A stretch of 41,295 bases of DNA, from positions 80,888 through 122,182 of the forward strand of contig CAZDQS010000004.1 of the NCBI GenBank assembly GCA_964507855.1, read 5' to 3'. Positions 1 through 8,222 of this stretch are shown one piece after another. The DNA comes from an uncultured Candidatus Saccharibacteria bacterium. GTDB taxonomy: Bacteria; Patescibacteriota; Saccharimonadia; Saccharimonadales; CAZDQS01. Every line of letters begins with the position of its first letter. Position 1 is the stretch's first letter. The position numbers and the translations under genes were made by a program. The notes under the pieces were generated by a model. It searched no databases, was not told where the DNA came from, and was given only the letters and a program-made list of their open reading frames with translations.

Positions 1-334
1 CATCACCCGCACTTCGCACTTTGTCCATAAGAGACGTAAACAAATCGTACCGATATTCAGGGGCAACTGTACTCTTTTCGCCTACCTTTATGGTATGCCT
101 GGAAACAAGCGTTTCGTCTGAACCCTGTAGGCGTTTGTTTACGTCTGCCAGAAATAATGCAACCGCTTCATTCGGCATAGCCCTCAGGTTATCTACACGA
201 GCCTCCGGTGTCTCTCCGGCAAGCCCATATTGCTCAACCATCTCTCTTAGCTCTTGAGAGGTAAGCTCCTCTCTGGGGCTATTTATCTCAAAGCCGTTTG
301 CAGTTGTGTGGGTGGTTTCTGGTATTTCTGGCAT
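1..334 (-). CDS. hypothetical protein, truncated by the left window edge (first ~111 codons present)
   Basis: The minus-strand frame is open from ATG (334-332) to base 1 (MPEIPETTHTTANGFEINSPREELTSQELREMVEQYG...). It is absent from the ORF track because it has no stop in the window. A promoter-like TTGACA-17-TATTCT lies just upstream. Confidence 0.45.
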   Translation of the reverse strand, partial: MPEIPETTHTTANGFEINSPREELTSQELREMVEQYGLAGETPEARVDNLRAMPNEAVALFLADVNKRLQGSDETLVSRHTIKVGEKSTVAPEYRYDLFTSLMDKVRSAGD

Positions 335-360
335 GCTATTCGCAAGGTTTATATTCCTGT

Positions 361-389
361 AGAATAGCATAAGCTTTATAATTTGTCAA
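361..389 (-). promoter_or_regulatory. sigma70-type promoter TTGACA-17nt-TATTCT with TGc extended -10
   Basis: The reverse complement of 361-389 reads TTGACAaattataaagcttatgcTATTCT. It sits in the 67-bp gap between the 402 stop and the 334 start. Confidence 0.55.
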
Positions 390-401
390 TTAGAGGGTTT
401 G

Positions 402-629
402 CTACACTGCTCTTTTCTGTGCTTCCGTAATATCTTCTTCGGTGAATTCCAGCGGGCGCCAGGCAGGATCAATATGCGACGTGCCAAGTGGCGCACTGCG
501 CAGCTTGTTTATGACTTTGATGCCCGTGTATATGACCCCGGCCAATACGAGTGCTCCCGCAGCACTTATTAGCTCAGCAGACCGACGCCCTACTGCGTCA
601 GGAAAATGCCCATTTCTTTCCGGGCTCAT
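402..629 (-). CDS. small membrane protein (75 aa, one central TM helix)
   Basis: Its ATG overlaps the response-regulator TGA in an ATGA (626-629), which suggests translational coupling. It has a hydrophobic core (ELISAAGALVLAGVIYTGIKVI). I recognise no family. Confidence 0.45.
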   Translation of the reverse strand: MSPERNGHFPDAVGRRSAELISAAGALVLAGVIYTGIKVINKLRSAPLGTSHIDPAWRPLEFTEEDITEAQKRAV

Positions 630-1060
630 CTCATCCCTAAGTGGTGTTTGATACGCTCCACGACATCAGCAATAACGACCTGTGACTTCACGAGGTAATC
701 ATCGACCCCCAGGTGCTCGGCATGCTGCTTGTCACTGTCCTGGCTTAAAGCCGTTAACATTATCACTTTCACATTGGCTGTCTCGGGTGTTTGGCGGAGT
801 ATGTCCAGCACGTCAAACCCGCTGACCTTTGGCATCATAACATCAAGTAGTATCAAGTCAGGCTTGTATTCTATCGCGGCAGCAAGGGCGTCCTCACCGT
901 TCTGCACGCGGCGGACTTCAAATCCTTCGGCCTGCAGGCGCGTTTCATAGACAGCCGCCAAGCTATTATCATCTTCGACCAGCAGTATGCGGCGAGTACG
1001 ATTTAGTGCGGAATCATCTGTTTGAGGAGCAACGGCATTTGATGCGTCCATATCGCTCAT
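626..1060 (-). CDS. stand-alone response regulator receiver (CheY-like) protein
   Basis: All receiver signatures are present: LLVEDD acidic pocket, LILLDVMMP phospho-Asp, MLTA, and YLVKS Lys. I chose the start at ATG 1060 (MSDMDAS...). The 1168 start in the track would overlap pyrG by ~100 nt. Confidence 0.85.
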   Translation of the reverse strand: MSDMDASNAVAPQTDDSALNRTRRILLVEDDNSLAAVYETRLQAEGFEVRRVQNGEDALAAAIEYKPDLILLDVMMPKVSGFDVLDILRQTPETANVKVIMLTALSQDSDKQHAEHLGVDDYLVKSQVVIADVVERIKHHLGMR

Positions 1061-1070
1061 GGTAAATGAT

Positions 1071-2684
1071 TTATCGCTCTTGTGCAATAAGTGCGTTAAC
1101 AAAACCGTCGAAGAGCGGGTGAGGCCGGTTCGGCCGCGACTTAAATTCCGGGTGGAATTGGCTGGCAACCATAAATGGATGGTCGGTGGCTTCTATTATT
1201 TCCACCAGCTTGTCGTCGGGCGAGGTACCAACGGCCCGAATACCCCAGGACTCATATTGATCACGGTACTCATTATTACACTCATAGCGATGACGATGAC
1301 GCTCTTCAATCTTTGTTGCTTTATACGCCTTCGCCGCGACGCTACCTTTGGCAATCTCACATGGGTAATTACCGAGACGCATGGTACCGCCAGTATTCTC
1401 CTTGCCCTTCTGGTCAGACATCGTATCAATAACCGGATACGGCGTGTCGGGATTAACTTCTGTCGTGTGGGCGCCTTCCAGGCCGCCGAGGCGTGCGGCC
1501 GCTATCACGGCCATGTGCAGACCGTAGCATAGCCCTAGGTACGGCAGCTTTGTCTTAAGCGCGTGCTGCGCAGCACGTATCTTGCCTTCAACTCCCCGAC
1601 TACCGAAACCACCGGGTACAACGATACCGTCCAGCCCGGCAAGTGCAGCCCCAACATCCACCTGGTCGCCCTCCAGACTTTCGGCATCAATCCAGCGAAT
1701 TTCGAGGCTTGTGTCGTTCTTCCATCCTGCGGCTTTGAGCGCCTCAAAAACAGACATGTAGGTGTCTTGATTGTCCAGATACTTCGCCACTACGCCAACC
1801 ACGGCCTTATTTGTGTGGTTATTCGTGGCACGCTTCACAACCTCACGCCACTCTTTGAGTTGCGGCTTTGATACTTTGAGCTTCAACCGCTTGGCAATGA
1901 CATCAGCAATATTCGCGTCCTCAAGCGTCAACGGAACTTCGTAAATGGTCGATGCATTAGGCAAAAGGGCCACTGCTTCCGGCTCGACACCGCTGAAGAG
2001 ACTAAGCTTGCTGATAACGCTCTTTGGCGCCGACTTCTCGCTGCGCGCCACCAGCACATCCGGCACGATACCAAAACTACGCAAGTCCCTTACCGCATTC
2101 TGCGCCGGCTTGGTCTTGAACTCGCCGCTTGCACCCAAGAACGGCATATACACAACATGCACGAACAGCGAATTGTCCTGACCGACCTTAAAGGCAAGCT
2201 CACGGATAGCTTCAACGAGACTCAGGCTCTCATAGTCGCCGATGGTACCGCCGATCTCCACAATGTGCACGTCAAAACCTTCGCCAGCCAGTCTAATCTC
2301 TTCCTGCAAGGCCTGGGTAACGTGCGGAATGTACTGTACTGTCTTGCCACGGTAGCGGCCGCGACGCTCGTTCTCGAAAACTTTGTACAAGACGCGTCCC
2401 ATCATCATTGAGCTGGTTTGGGTCAGCTCCTGGTCCAAAAACCGCTCGTAATGGCCGAGGTCAAGATCTGTCTCTGCCCCGTCACGAGTCACGAAACACT
2501 CGCCGTGCTCTGCCGGGTTGAGCATACCGGCGTCATAGTTAAGATAAGGGTCGCACTTTTGGATGTTTACGTTGAGGCCGCGGGCTTTTAAGAGGTTGCC
2601 AATAGAGGCGGCTGTTATGCCCTTTCCAAGTCCGGAAAGCACGCCACCAGTCACAAAAACATACTTCGTTGGCTTTTTCGCCAC
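1071..2684 (-). CDS. pyrG: CTP synthase
   Basis: 537 aa. N-terminal synthetase domain (KYVFVTGGVLSGLGKG) and C-terminal glutamine amidotransferase (GLCYGLH catalytic Cys, HRHRYE). GTG start at 2684 with GAGAGGA upstream. Confidence 0.97.
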   Translation of the reverse strand: MAKKPTKYVFVTGGVLSGLGKGITAASIGNLLKARGLNVNIQKCDPYLNYDAGMLNPAEHGECFVTRDGAETDLDLGHYERFLDQELTQTSSMMMGRVLYKVFENERRGRYRGKTVQYIPHVTQALQEEIRLAGEGFDVHIVEIGGTIGDYESLSLVEAIRELAFKVGQDNSLFVHVVYMPFLGASGEFKTKPAQNAVRDLRSFGIVPDVLVARSEKSAPKSVISKLSLFSGVEPEAVALLPNASTIYEVPLTLEDANIADVIAKRLKLKVSKPQLKEWREVVKRATNNHTNKAVVGVVAKYLDNQDTYMSVFEALKAAGWKNDTSLEIRWIDAESLEGDQVDVGAALAGLDGIVVPGGFGSRGVEGKIRAAQHALKTKLPYLGLCYGLHMAVIAAARLGGLEGAHTTEVNPDTPYPVIDTMSDQKGKENTGGTMRLGNYPCEIAKGSVAAKAYKATKIEERHRHRYECNNEYRDQYESWGIRAVGTSPDDKLVEIIEATDHPFMVASQFHPEFKSRPNRPHPLFDGFVNALIAQER

Positions 2685-2766
2685 CTCTTAAAGTCCTCTC
2701 ACAGCTTATTATCCTAATGCTACCACAGCGACGGAAAATAGAAAATAGAAGGACCCAAGAAAAACC

Positions 2767-3999
2767 TTATCGAGCCAACTTTGCTTTCGCCGCGTCGAGT
2801 TGAGGGTCGCGGTCGGCCTCATAGTCCTCTTGTGTCAGTTCGACCTTTTGGTCCGGCTCGATACCTTCTTCGTCGATGTTCTTGCCCTCAGGCGTAAACC
2901 AGCGGGCGACCGTCACTTTGAGCGCGCCACCATGCCGCAAGCCCTCGATTTGCTGCACACTGCCCTTGCCGTATGACTTCTCGCCCACCAGTGTGGCCAC
3001 ACCGTTGTCTTTAAGCGCACCAGCGACAATCTCACTTGCGCTAGCACTACCGCCGTTGATAAGCACAACTGTCGGCACACCGTTTAAGATTGGTCGACCT
3101 TTCGCCTCAAACGTACGCACGACCATATCACCACGCCGTTCAGTCAGAATCGTTCCGCCATCTACCCACACGCTCGCCACATCGACAGCAACGTTTAGCA
3201 GGCCGCCCGGATTATTGCGCAGGTCAAGCACGACACTTCGAATGCCCTGTTGCTTCAGCTCCGTTGCGGCCTTGCGTGTCAGCTCCGAGGTATCTTCGCC
3301 GAATCGGCTGATAGCAATGATACCAACGTCACCCGATTTCTCCCACTCTACACTCGGAATAGCGATATCGTCACGCTCAATTGTAAGATCTACCTCCTCC
3401 GTACCGCCCCGGAAAATCTTGAGGCTCACAGTCGTGCCCTTGGGACCCCTGATCCGCTTCACAGCTTCTGTCAGCGTCAGATCAAATGCGCTCTCACCAT
3501 CAATTTCGGCAATCACATCGCGGGCACGCAAACCGGCCTTTTCTGCCGGGTAGCCGGCCAGCGGCGCAATGACAGTTATAGCACCGTCCTTTTTGCTCAA
3601 TTCCGCACCAATGCCGCTGAATGTCCCGGAAAGTTCCTGGTCAAACTCGTTGGCTTCTTCGGCAGTCAGGTACTCCGTGTATGCGTCACCGCTCGCTTGA
3701 GCCAAGCCATCCTTGAGCCCATTGAGTAGATCCTCGGCAGTCAGCTCGCCATCGAAACTGCGACGAAGCTGGTCGTACACCTCTTCAACGCTCGTGTAGT
3801 CCAAGTCAGCCGGCAACTCACGGCTTACGCTCTGGCTGAATGAGTTGCTGTCGAGTCGCAAGCGTCCACTGCCGCTCAGCCATCCTATGCTGAATATCCC
3901 AACCGCACACACAACAAGCGTAACAACCTGTCGCATAGTTAGATTGTTTTTTGGTGACGATTTACCACGAAAACCATTGCCGGCTGTCCCCTGCTCCAC
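2767..3999 (-). CDS. S41 family C-terminal processing peptidase (Ctp/Prc-like) with PDZ domain, membrane-anchored
   Basis: N-terminal TM helix, a PDZ-like segment, the S41 core GGSASASEIVAGAL (Ser) and SYGKGSVQ (Lys). GTG start at 3999 with GGGGGA upstream. An alternative ATG at 3936 cannot be excluded. Confidence 0.9.
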   Translation of the reverse strand: MEQGTAGNGFRGKSSPKNNLTMRQVVTLVVCAVGIFSIGWLSGSGRLRLDSNSFSQSVSRELPADLDYTSVEEVYDQLRRSFDGELTAEDLLNGLKDGLAQASGDAYTEYLTAEEANEFDQELSGTFSGIGAELSKKDGAITVIAPLAGYPAEKAGLRARDVIAEIDGESAFDLTLTEAVKRIRGPKGTTVSLKIFRGGTEEVDLTIERDDIAIPSVEWEKSGDVGIIAISRFGEDTSELTRKAATELKQQGIRSVVLDLRNNPGGLLNVAVDVASVWVDGGTILTERRGDMVVRTFEAKGRPILNGVPTVVLINGGSASASEIVAGALKDNGVATLVGEKSYGKGSVQQIEGLRHGGALKVTVARWFTPEGKNIDEEGIEPDQKVELTQEDYEADRDPQLDAAKAKLAR

Positions 4000-4162
4000 A
4001 AGAAATCCCCCAATTCGCTACTGTTTATGCCCCTATTATCGCACATGTTGGGTGGTAGAAGGTAGAAGATGGAAAATAAGAAACTTGCATTTGAGCACAG
4101 CGTCGTCTTTTTGATAAAGCACGGAACGAACCGGAGCCGACAAGTTGTTTCTGCGCCAGAAG

Positions 4163-4200
4163 CAGCAGGGCCTCAAGCCCCGCTTGAGAGCAAGCTGCTG
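4163..4200 (-). terminator. GC-rich nested stem-loop downstream of the CHAP hydrolase gene (possible terminator or processing hairpin, no U-tract)
   Basis: CAGCAG/CTGCTG (4163-4168/4195-4200) encloses CTCAAGC-ccc-GCTTGAG (4172-4188). It lies 14 nt after the 4214 stop. Confidence 0.3.
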
Positions 4201-4213
4201 TGATGCGAAAGCC

Positions 4214-5335
4214 CTATGGGAAGTGGATGAAGACGAGGCTACCAGGCCAGATAATCGCTTCGCTATACTTCCCATCCCATGCGCCATTGTACTGGCTGAT
4301 GAGAATCCGGCCGTCCTCGTATACGTGCTCGACATACATTACATGCCCGTAGAATCCAGCATTGCTGACGGCCACGTCACCAACACGAGGGATATTGTCT
4401 ACCGGGATGCCAGCTGCACGGGCATTGTCATCCCACTGGTTGGCATTGCCTCGGCCGCCCCAATACGGCATATGCCGGCCGCTCTTCCAGACTTTCCAGG
4501 CGGTATAGCTCACGCATTGGCGCAAGTACATACCCCACGGATCGGCCACTGCGTTCGGGAAAGGTTCAAAATTTGCCCACGGGTAACCGCTCGTGTCGGG
4601 CACATTCCTGAGGCCGTTGCCAAATAGCCGAGCGTTTTCAATTGCCTGCTGGCGGCGAAGCTCAGAAATCTTAGCGTTATTTGCCCGGATATCTTCTTCG
4701 TATGCACGTTGCTGACTCTTATTCATGCCCAACAAGCGGTCTTGCTCTGCCCGCTGAGCACTCAGCTCTGATTGCATCTGCTTCTGGTCGGCGATAAGCT
4801 TTTCAAGCTTGTCTTTTTGGTCGCGTAGCTGAGCCTTCAAGAGCGTAATTTTATCAAGTGTGTCTTTGATCTTCTTGCTGACAGATTCCCGATACTGCTG
4901 TTTGTCGACAAACTCGCCCAGATCCCGGCTGGTTGCCAGCATCTCAAGCGTCGTCATATCACCCTCCAGGTACATCGTCCGGAGGTTTGTCGCCATCAGT
5001 CCCTTCTGCCGTTCAAGCTCGGCTTCGGCTTCGGCAATCTGATGCTCGACATCTTTCTTCTCTGCTTCTGTATCATTGATCTGCTGTTCAAGTGTGGCTA
5101 TCTCTTCTTGCAACTGAGCAATGACAGCCTCGAGGGTTGTAGCCTCTTCGCGCAAACGCCGCTGCTCTGCCCGACTCTCGCTGTTTTGCTGGTTGAGTTC
5201 CCGAATCTGTTGGTCAAACCTATCGGCCAACACCTGTGGCACACTAGCCAGAACGAGCCCCAGCACAACGATACCGATAAGGACCGGTACTTTGGGGAGG
5301 TGCTGAAAAAGCGTGTTGTTCTTGAGGCGGTTCAT
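4214..5335 (-). CDS. secreted coiled-coil + CHAP-domain peptidoglycan hydrolase (PcsB-like)
   Basis: Signal/anchor sequence, then ~220 aa of heptad-rich Q/E/L/K coiled coil. The C-terminal CHAP domain has Cys (QCVSYTAWKV) and His (GHVMYVEHV). It lies directly downstream of ftsE-ftsX. Confidence 0.85.
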   Translation of the reverse strand: MNRLKNNTLFQHLPKVPVLIGIVVLGLVLASVPQVLADRFDQQIRELNQQNSESRAEQRRLREEATTLEAVIAQLQEEIATLEQQINDTEAEKKDVEHQIAEAEAELERQKGLMATNLRTMYLEGDMTTLEMLATSRDLGEFVDKQQYRESVSKKIKDTLDKITLLKAQLRDQKDKLEKLIADQKQMQSELSAQRAEQDRLLGMNKSQQRAYEEDIRANNAKISELRRQQAIENARLFGNGLRNVPDTSGYPWANFEPFPNAVADPWGMYLRQCVSYTAWKVWKSGRHMPYWGGRGNANQWDDNARAAGIPVDNIPRVGDVAVSNAGFYGHVMYVEHVYEDGRILISQYNGAWDGKYSEAIIWPGSLVFIHFP

Positions 5336-5367
5336 TGTGTTGTGTTTGTTTTTGGGTTAGTAATTCT

Positions 5368-5396
5368 ACTATAGCATAAGCGTCTAGACGTTGCAA
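5368..5396 (-). promoter_or_regulatory. sigma70-type promoter TTGCAA-17nt-TATAGT with TGc extended -10
   Basis: The reverse complement reads TTGCAAcgtctagacgcttatgcTATAGT. It sits in the 86-bp gap upstream of the CHAP hydrolase ATG (5335). Confidence 0.55.
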
Positions 5397-5421
5397 GTAT
5401 TTTGGAAATATTATTTGGCAT

Positions 5422-6369
5422 CTACTTGGCGGGTTTAAACTTTAGGTAACGTCGAGTTGCAACTACCGAAGATGCTGCACCAATCGCCACCCCCACCAGG
5501 ATTTGTACTATAAAGATCGACCAGAAGTTACGGTTGAAATAGTTGCTCGCAAACTCAATATCAAGGAAACCAAGGCTGGTTGCCTCGAGTACCGTCGTTG
5601 CGCCACTGAACAGCGTACTACAAAGAACAAGCGAAAGCAGCGCAGCAATCACGCCATACAGTATGGCCTCCACAACATACGGTCCGCGAATATACCATGT
5701 GCTCGCCCCGAGCAGACGCATAATCGTCAGTTCATCACGCCGGTTAAAGACTGCCATGCGGATGGTGTTAAAGATAATCAGTACCGAAACAAGCGCAAAT
5801 ATGAGCACGCCGACCGTACCGGCAATCTGCAACACGCGGGTAGTACGAGCAATGTTGTCTATTGCTTCTTTGCGTTCGCCGGAATATGACGTCGGCTCGG
5901 ACTGAACCTCCTGGATATCCGGCTGCTCGATGAATTCGCGTATGGGATCGATATTGTTCGGGTCAACCGGCTTGATACGCAGGCTGGCCGGTAGCGGGTT
6001 ATCGGTCGTGGTAGCCGCCATCTGCAGCTCGGGCCGGTCCTTGTTCTGTTCAATAAAATCTTTGAGCGCCTGGTCTTTGGAGATGTATTCGACTGACTCA
6101 ACCTCGCCAAGCTCCTCAAGCCGGCCGATCAGCTCTTCACGCTGCTGAGTGGTCACCGAATCTTCAAGATACATCGAGATATTGATACGGTCAGTCAATG
6201 TCTGGATACTGTTGGCGAAGGTCGCGTTTGCGATGACCAGAAACAAAATAATCCCAAGCGTCACCACCATGACGGCGATTGCCGCGACCGCCAACCAGGC
6301 GTTGCGGACAAGGTTGACCACGCCAGAATTAACAATACGCCCAAATGTTATGAGTCGTCGCTTGTTCAT
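5422..6369 (-). CDS. ftsX: cell division permease-like protein FtsX
   Basis: 315 aa. One N-terminal TM helix, a large extracytoplasmic loop and three C-terminal TM helices. ATGA overlap with the ftsE stop. Confidence 0.9.
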   Translation of the reverse strand: MNKRRLITFGRIVNSGVVNLVRNAWLAVAAIAVMVVTLGIILFLVIANATFANSIQTLTDRINISMYLEDSVTTQQREELIGRLEELGEVESVEYISKDQALKDFIEQNKDRPELQMAATTTDNPLPASLRIKPVDPNNIDPIREFIEQPDIQEVQSEPTSYSGERKEAIDNIARTTRVLQIAGTVGVLIFALVSVLIIFNTIRMAVFNRRDELTIMRLLGASTWYIRGPYVVEAILYGVIAALLSLVLCSTLFSGATTVLEATSLGFLDIEFASNYFNRNFWSIFIVQILVGVAIGAASSVVATRRYLKFKPAK

Positions 6370-7055
6370 CCTACTTGTTTGTACTCCCCGCCTGCTTTGT
6401 CGCTGATAATTTTGCCGCCCTGCACGGTAATCACCCGCCGTTTCAGCCGGTTCACAATCTCTTGGTTGTGGGTTGTCAGCAGGACAGTCGTACCGTACTT
6501 GTTAATCTTCTCCAGCACCTTCACCACATCCCAGGCGTGTTTCGGGTCGAGGTTGCCGGTCGGCTCATCGGCGATGAGAATCTTCGGCTGTCGGGCAATG
6601 GCCCGGGCAATGGCGACGCGCTGCCGCTCACCGCCGGATAATTCCTGCGTCATGCGCTTTTCCTTGCCTTTGAGCCCCACGATATCAAGCACACGCGGCA
6701 CGGTATGGCGGATCTCTTTGTTGCCCATACCGACAATTTCGAGCGCAAAGGCAACATTCTCAAACACATTCTTATGAGGCAACAGTTTAAAATCCTGGAA
6801 GACGACACCAATCTTGCGCCGCAGCAGCGGGATGTCTTTGTCTTTTAGCTTGTCATAATCAATGCCACCAACGATAATCTTGCCGCTGGTCGGGCGCTCT
6901 TCACGGGTAAGAAGTTTGAGCAGCGTGGACTTACCGGCACCACTCTGCCCAACAACAATCACGAACTCTTTCGGCTCGACGTGCAGATTGATCCGGTCAA
7001 GCGCCGGCGCATAGTCTTTGTTGTACGACTTTGTTACCCTATCTAAGAGAATCAT
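6366..7055 (-). CDS. ftsE: cell division ATP-binding protein FtsE
   Basis: ABC ATPase with Walker A GQSGAGKST, signature LSGGERQR and Walker B ILIADEPT. Paired with ftsX. Confidence 0.95.
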   Translation of the reverse strand: MILLDRVTKSYNKDYAPALDRINLHVEPKEFVIVVGQSGAGKSTLLKLLTREERPTSGKIIVGGIDYDKLKDKDIPLLRRKIGVVFQDFKLLPHKNVFENVAFALEIVGMGNKEIRHTVPRVLDIVGLKGKEKRMTQELSGGERQRVAIARAIARQPKILIADEPTGNLDPKHAWDVVKVLEKINKYGTTVLLTTHNQEIVNRLKRRVITVQGGKIISDKAGGEYKQVG

Positions 7056-7109
7056 GCTTATCCATTATAGCAAACTGGTCTGCCCAACATAAGTGTCAGG
7101 ATGGCTTAC

Positions 7110-8192
7110 TTAGGCTAAGGTATGTTCCAGGTATGCCGCGACAAACTCCTCCAAACTACCATCGAGAATCGCATCCGGATCGGATGACTCGTGGCGGGTA
7201 CGCAAGTCTTTGACCTGCTTGTAGGGATGGAGGACGTAGGAGCGGATTTGATTGCCCCATTCGGCCGACTGATTCGGGCCTTTGAGCTCGCTGATTTTCT
7301 CCAGGTGCTGCTCCATCTGCAGCTGCAGCAGCCGCGAGCGCAAGATCGTCATGGCGGTTTCTTTATTCTGCAACTGGCTGCGCTCATTTTGGATAGCAAC
7401 GGTAATGCCAGTCGGGACGTGCGTGACGCGCACAGCCGAGTCGGTCGTATTCACCGATTGGCCGCCATGGCCGCCGCTGCGGTAGACATCGATTTTCAAA
7501 TCTTTCTCGTCAATCTCCAGATCTTCCGGCTTGTCGATTTTGGGCAATATCTCGACCTTAGCAAAGCTCGTCTGACGCAAATTATCGGAATTGAACGGGC
7601 TTAAGCGCACCAGACGGTGCACGCCGTGTTCGCCCTTCAGTTTGCCGTAGGCAAACGGCCCGCTTATCTCCAGGGTCACACTTTTAATCCCCGCCTCTTC
7701 CCCCGCTGATTCTTCGACAGTCGTTACCTTGAAATTATTCTTCTCTGCATAGCGGATGTACATCCGTAGTAGCATCTGCGCCCAATCTTGAGCGTCAGTA
7801 CCCCCCGCCCCGGCGTAAATACTGAGAATAACATCGTTATTATCATACGGGCCGCTGAACTGCAGCTCGCGTTTGAGCTCTGCGAACTGCGTCTCGGCTT
7901 GCTCGAGTTGAGCCTCCAGGTCTGTGCGGAGGCTTTCGTCATCCATGCCGGCGAGTTCCAGCACATCACTAACCTGTTTCTCAAGCGTCCGCCAGGGTTC
8001 GATGCGTGCCTGCAGTTTGGCCTGTTCTTTCATGGTATCTTGGGCTTTTTGGTTGTCCGACCAAAAGTCCGGCGCCTTTGTTGCTTCGGTGATTTCAGCC
8101 TGTCGCTTCTCTAACTGCTCCAGGTCAAGCTGAGCAATAGCCGCATCAATCGCCTGCTTCAACTCGAGCGTCTTTTTCTCAATATCTTGCAT
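7110..8192 (-). CDS. prfB: peptide chain release factor 2 (single uninterrupted ORF)
   Basis: Contains the SPF tripeptide (RLSPFNS) and the GGQ motif ([11 protein letters not shown]). Full length at 360 aa, with no internal UGA or +1 frameshift site. Confidence 0.95.
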   Translation of the reverse strand: MQDIEKKTLELKQAIDAAIAQLDLEQLEKRQAEITEATKAPDFWSDNQKAQDTMKEQAKLQARIEPWRTLEKQVSDVLELAGMDDESLRTDLEAQLEQAETQFAELKRELQFSGPYDNNDVILSIYAGAGGTDAQDWAQMLLRMYIRYAEKNNFKVTTVEESAGEEAGIKSVTLEISGPFAYGKLKGEHGVHRLVRLSPFNSDNLRQTSFAKVEILPKIDKPEDLEIDEKDLKIDVYRSGGHGGQSVNTTDSAVRVTHVPTGITVAIQNERSQLQNKETAMTILRSRLLQLQMEQHLEKISELKGPNQSAEWGNQIRSYVLHPYKQVKDLRTRHESSDPDAILDGSLEEFVAAYLEHTLA

Positions 8193-8222
8193 CTCTTTAC
8201 GATTATACCAGCGTTGCGGCTG

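Noticed and set aside
626-1168. Long form of the response regulator (start at 1168)
   Set aside because: It would overlap the 3' end of pyrG by about 100 nt, and the extra 36 residues look like out-of-frame noise. The ATG at 1060 lies 10 nt after the pyrG stop.
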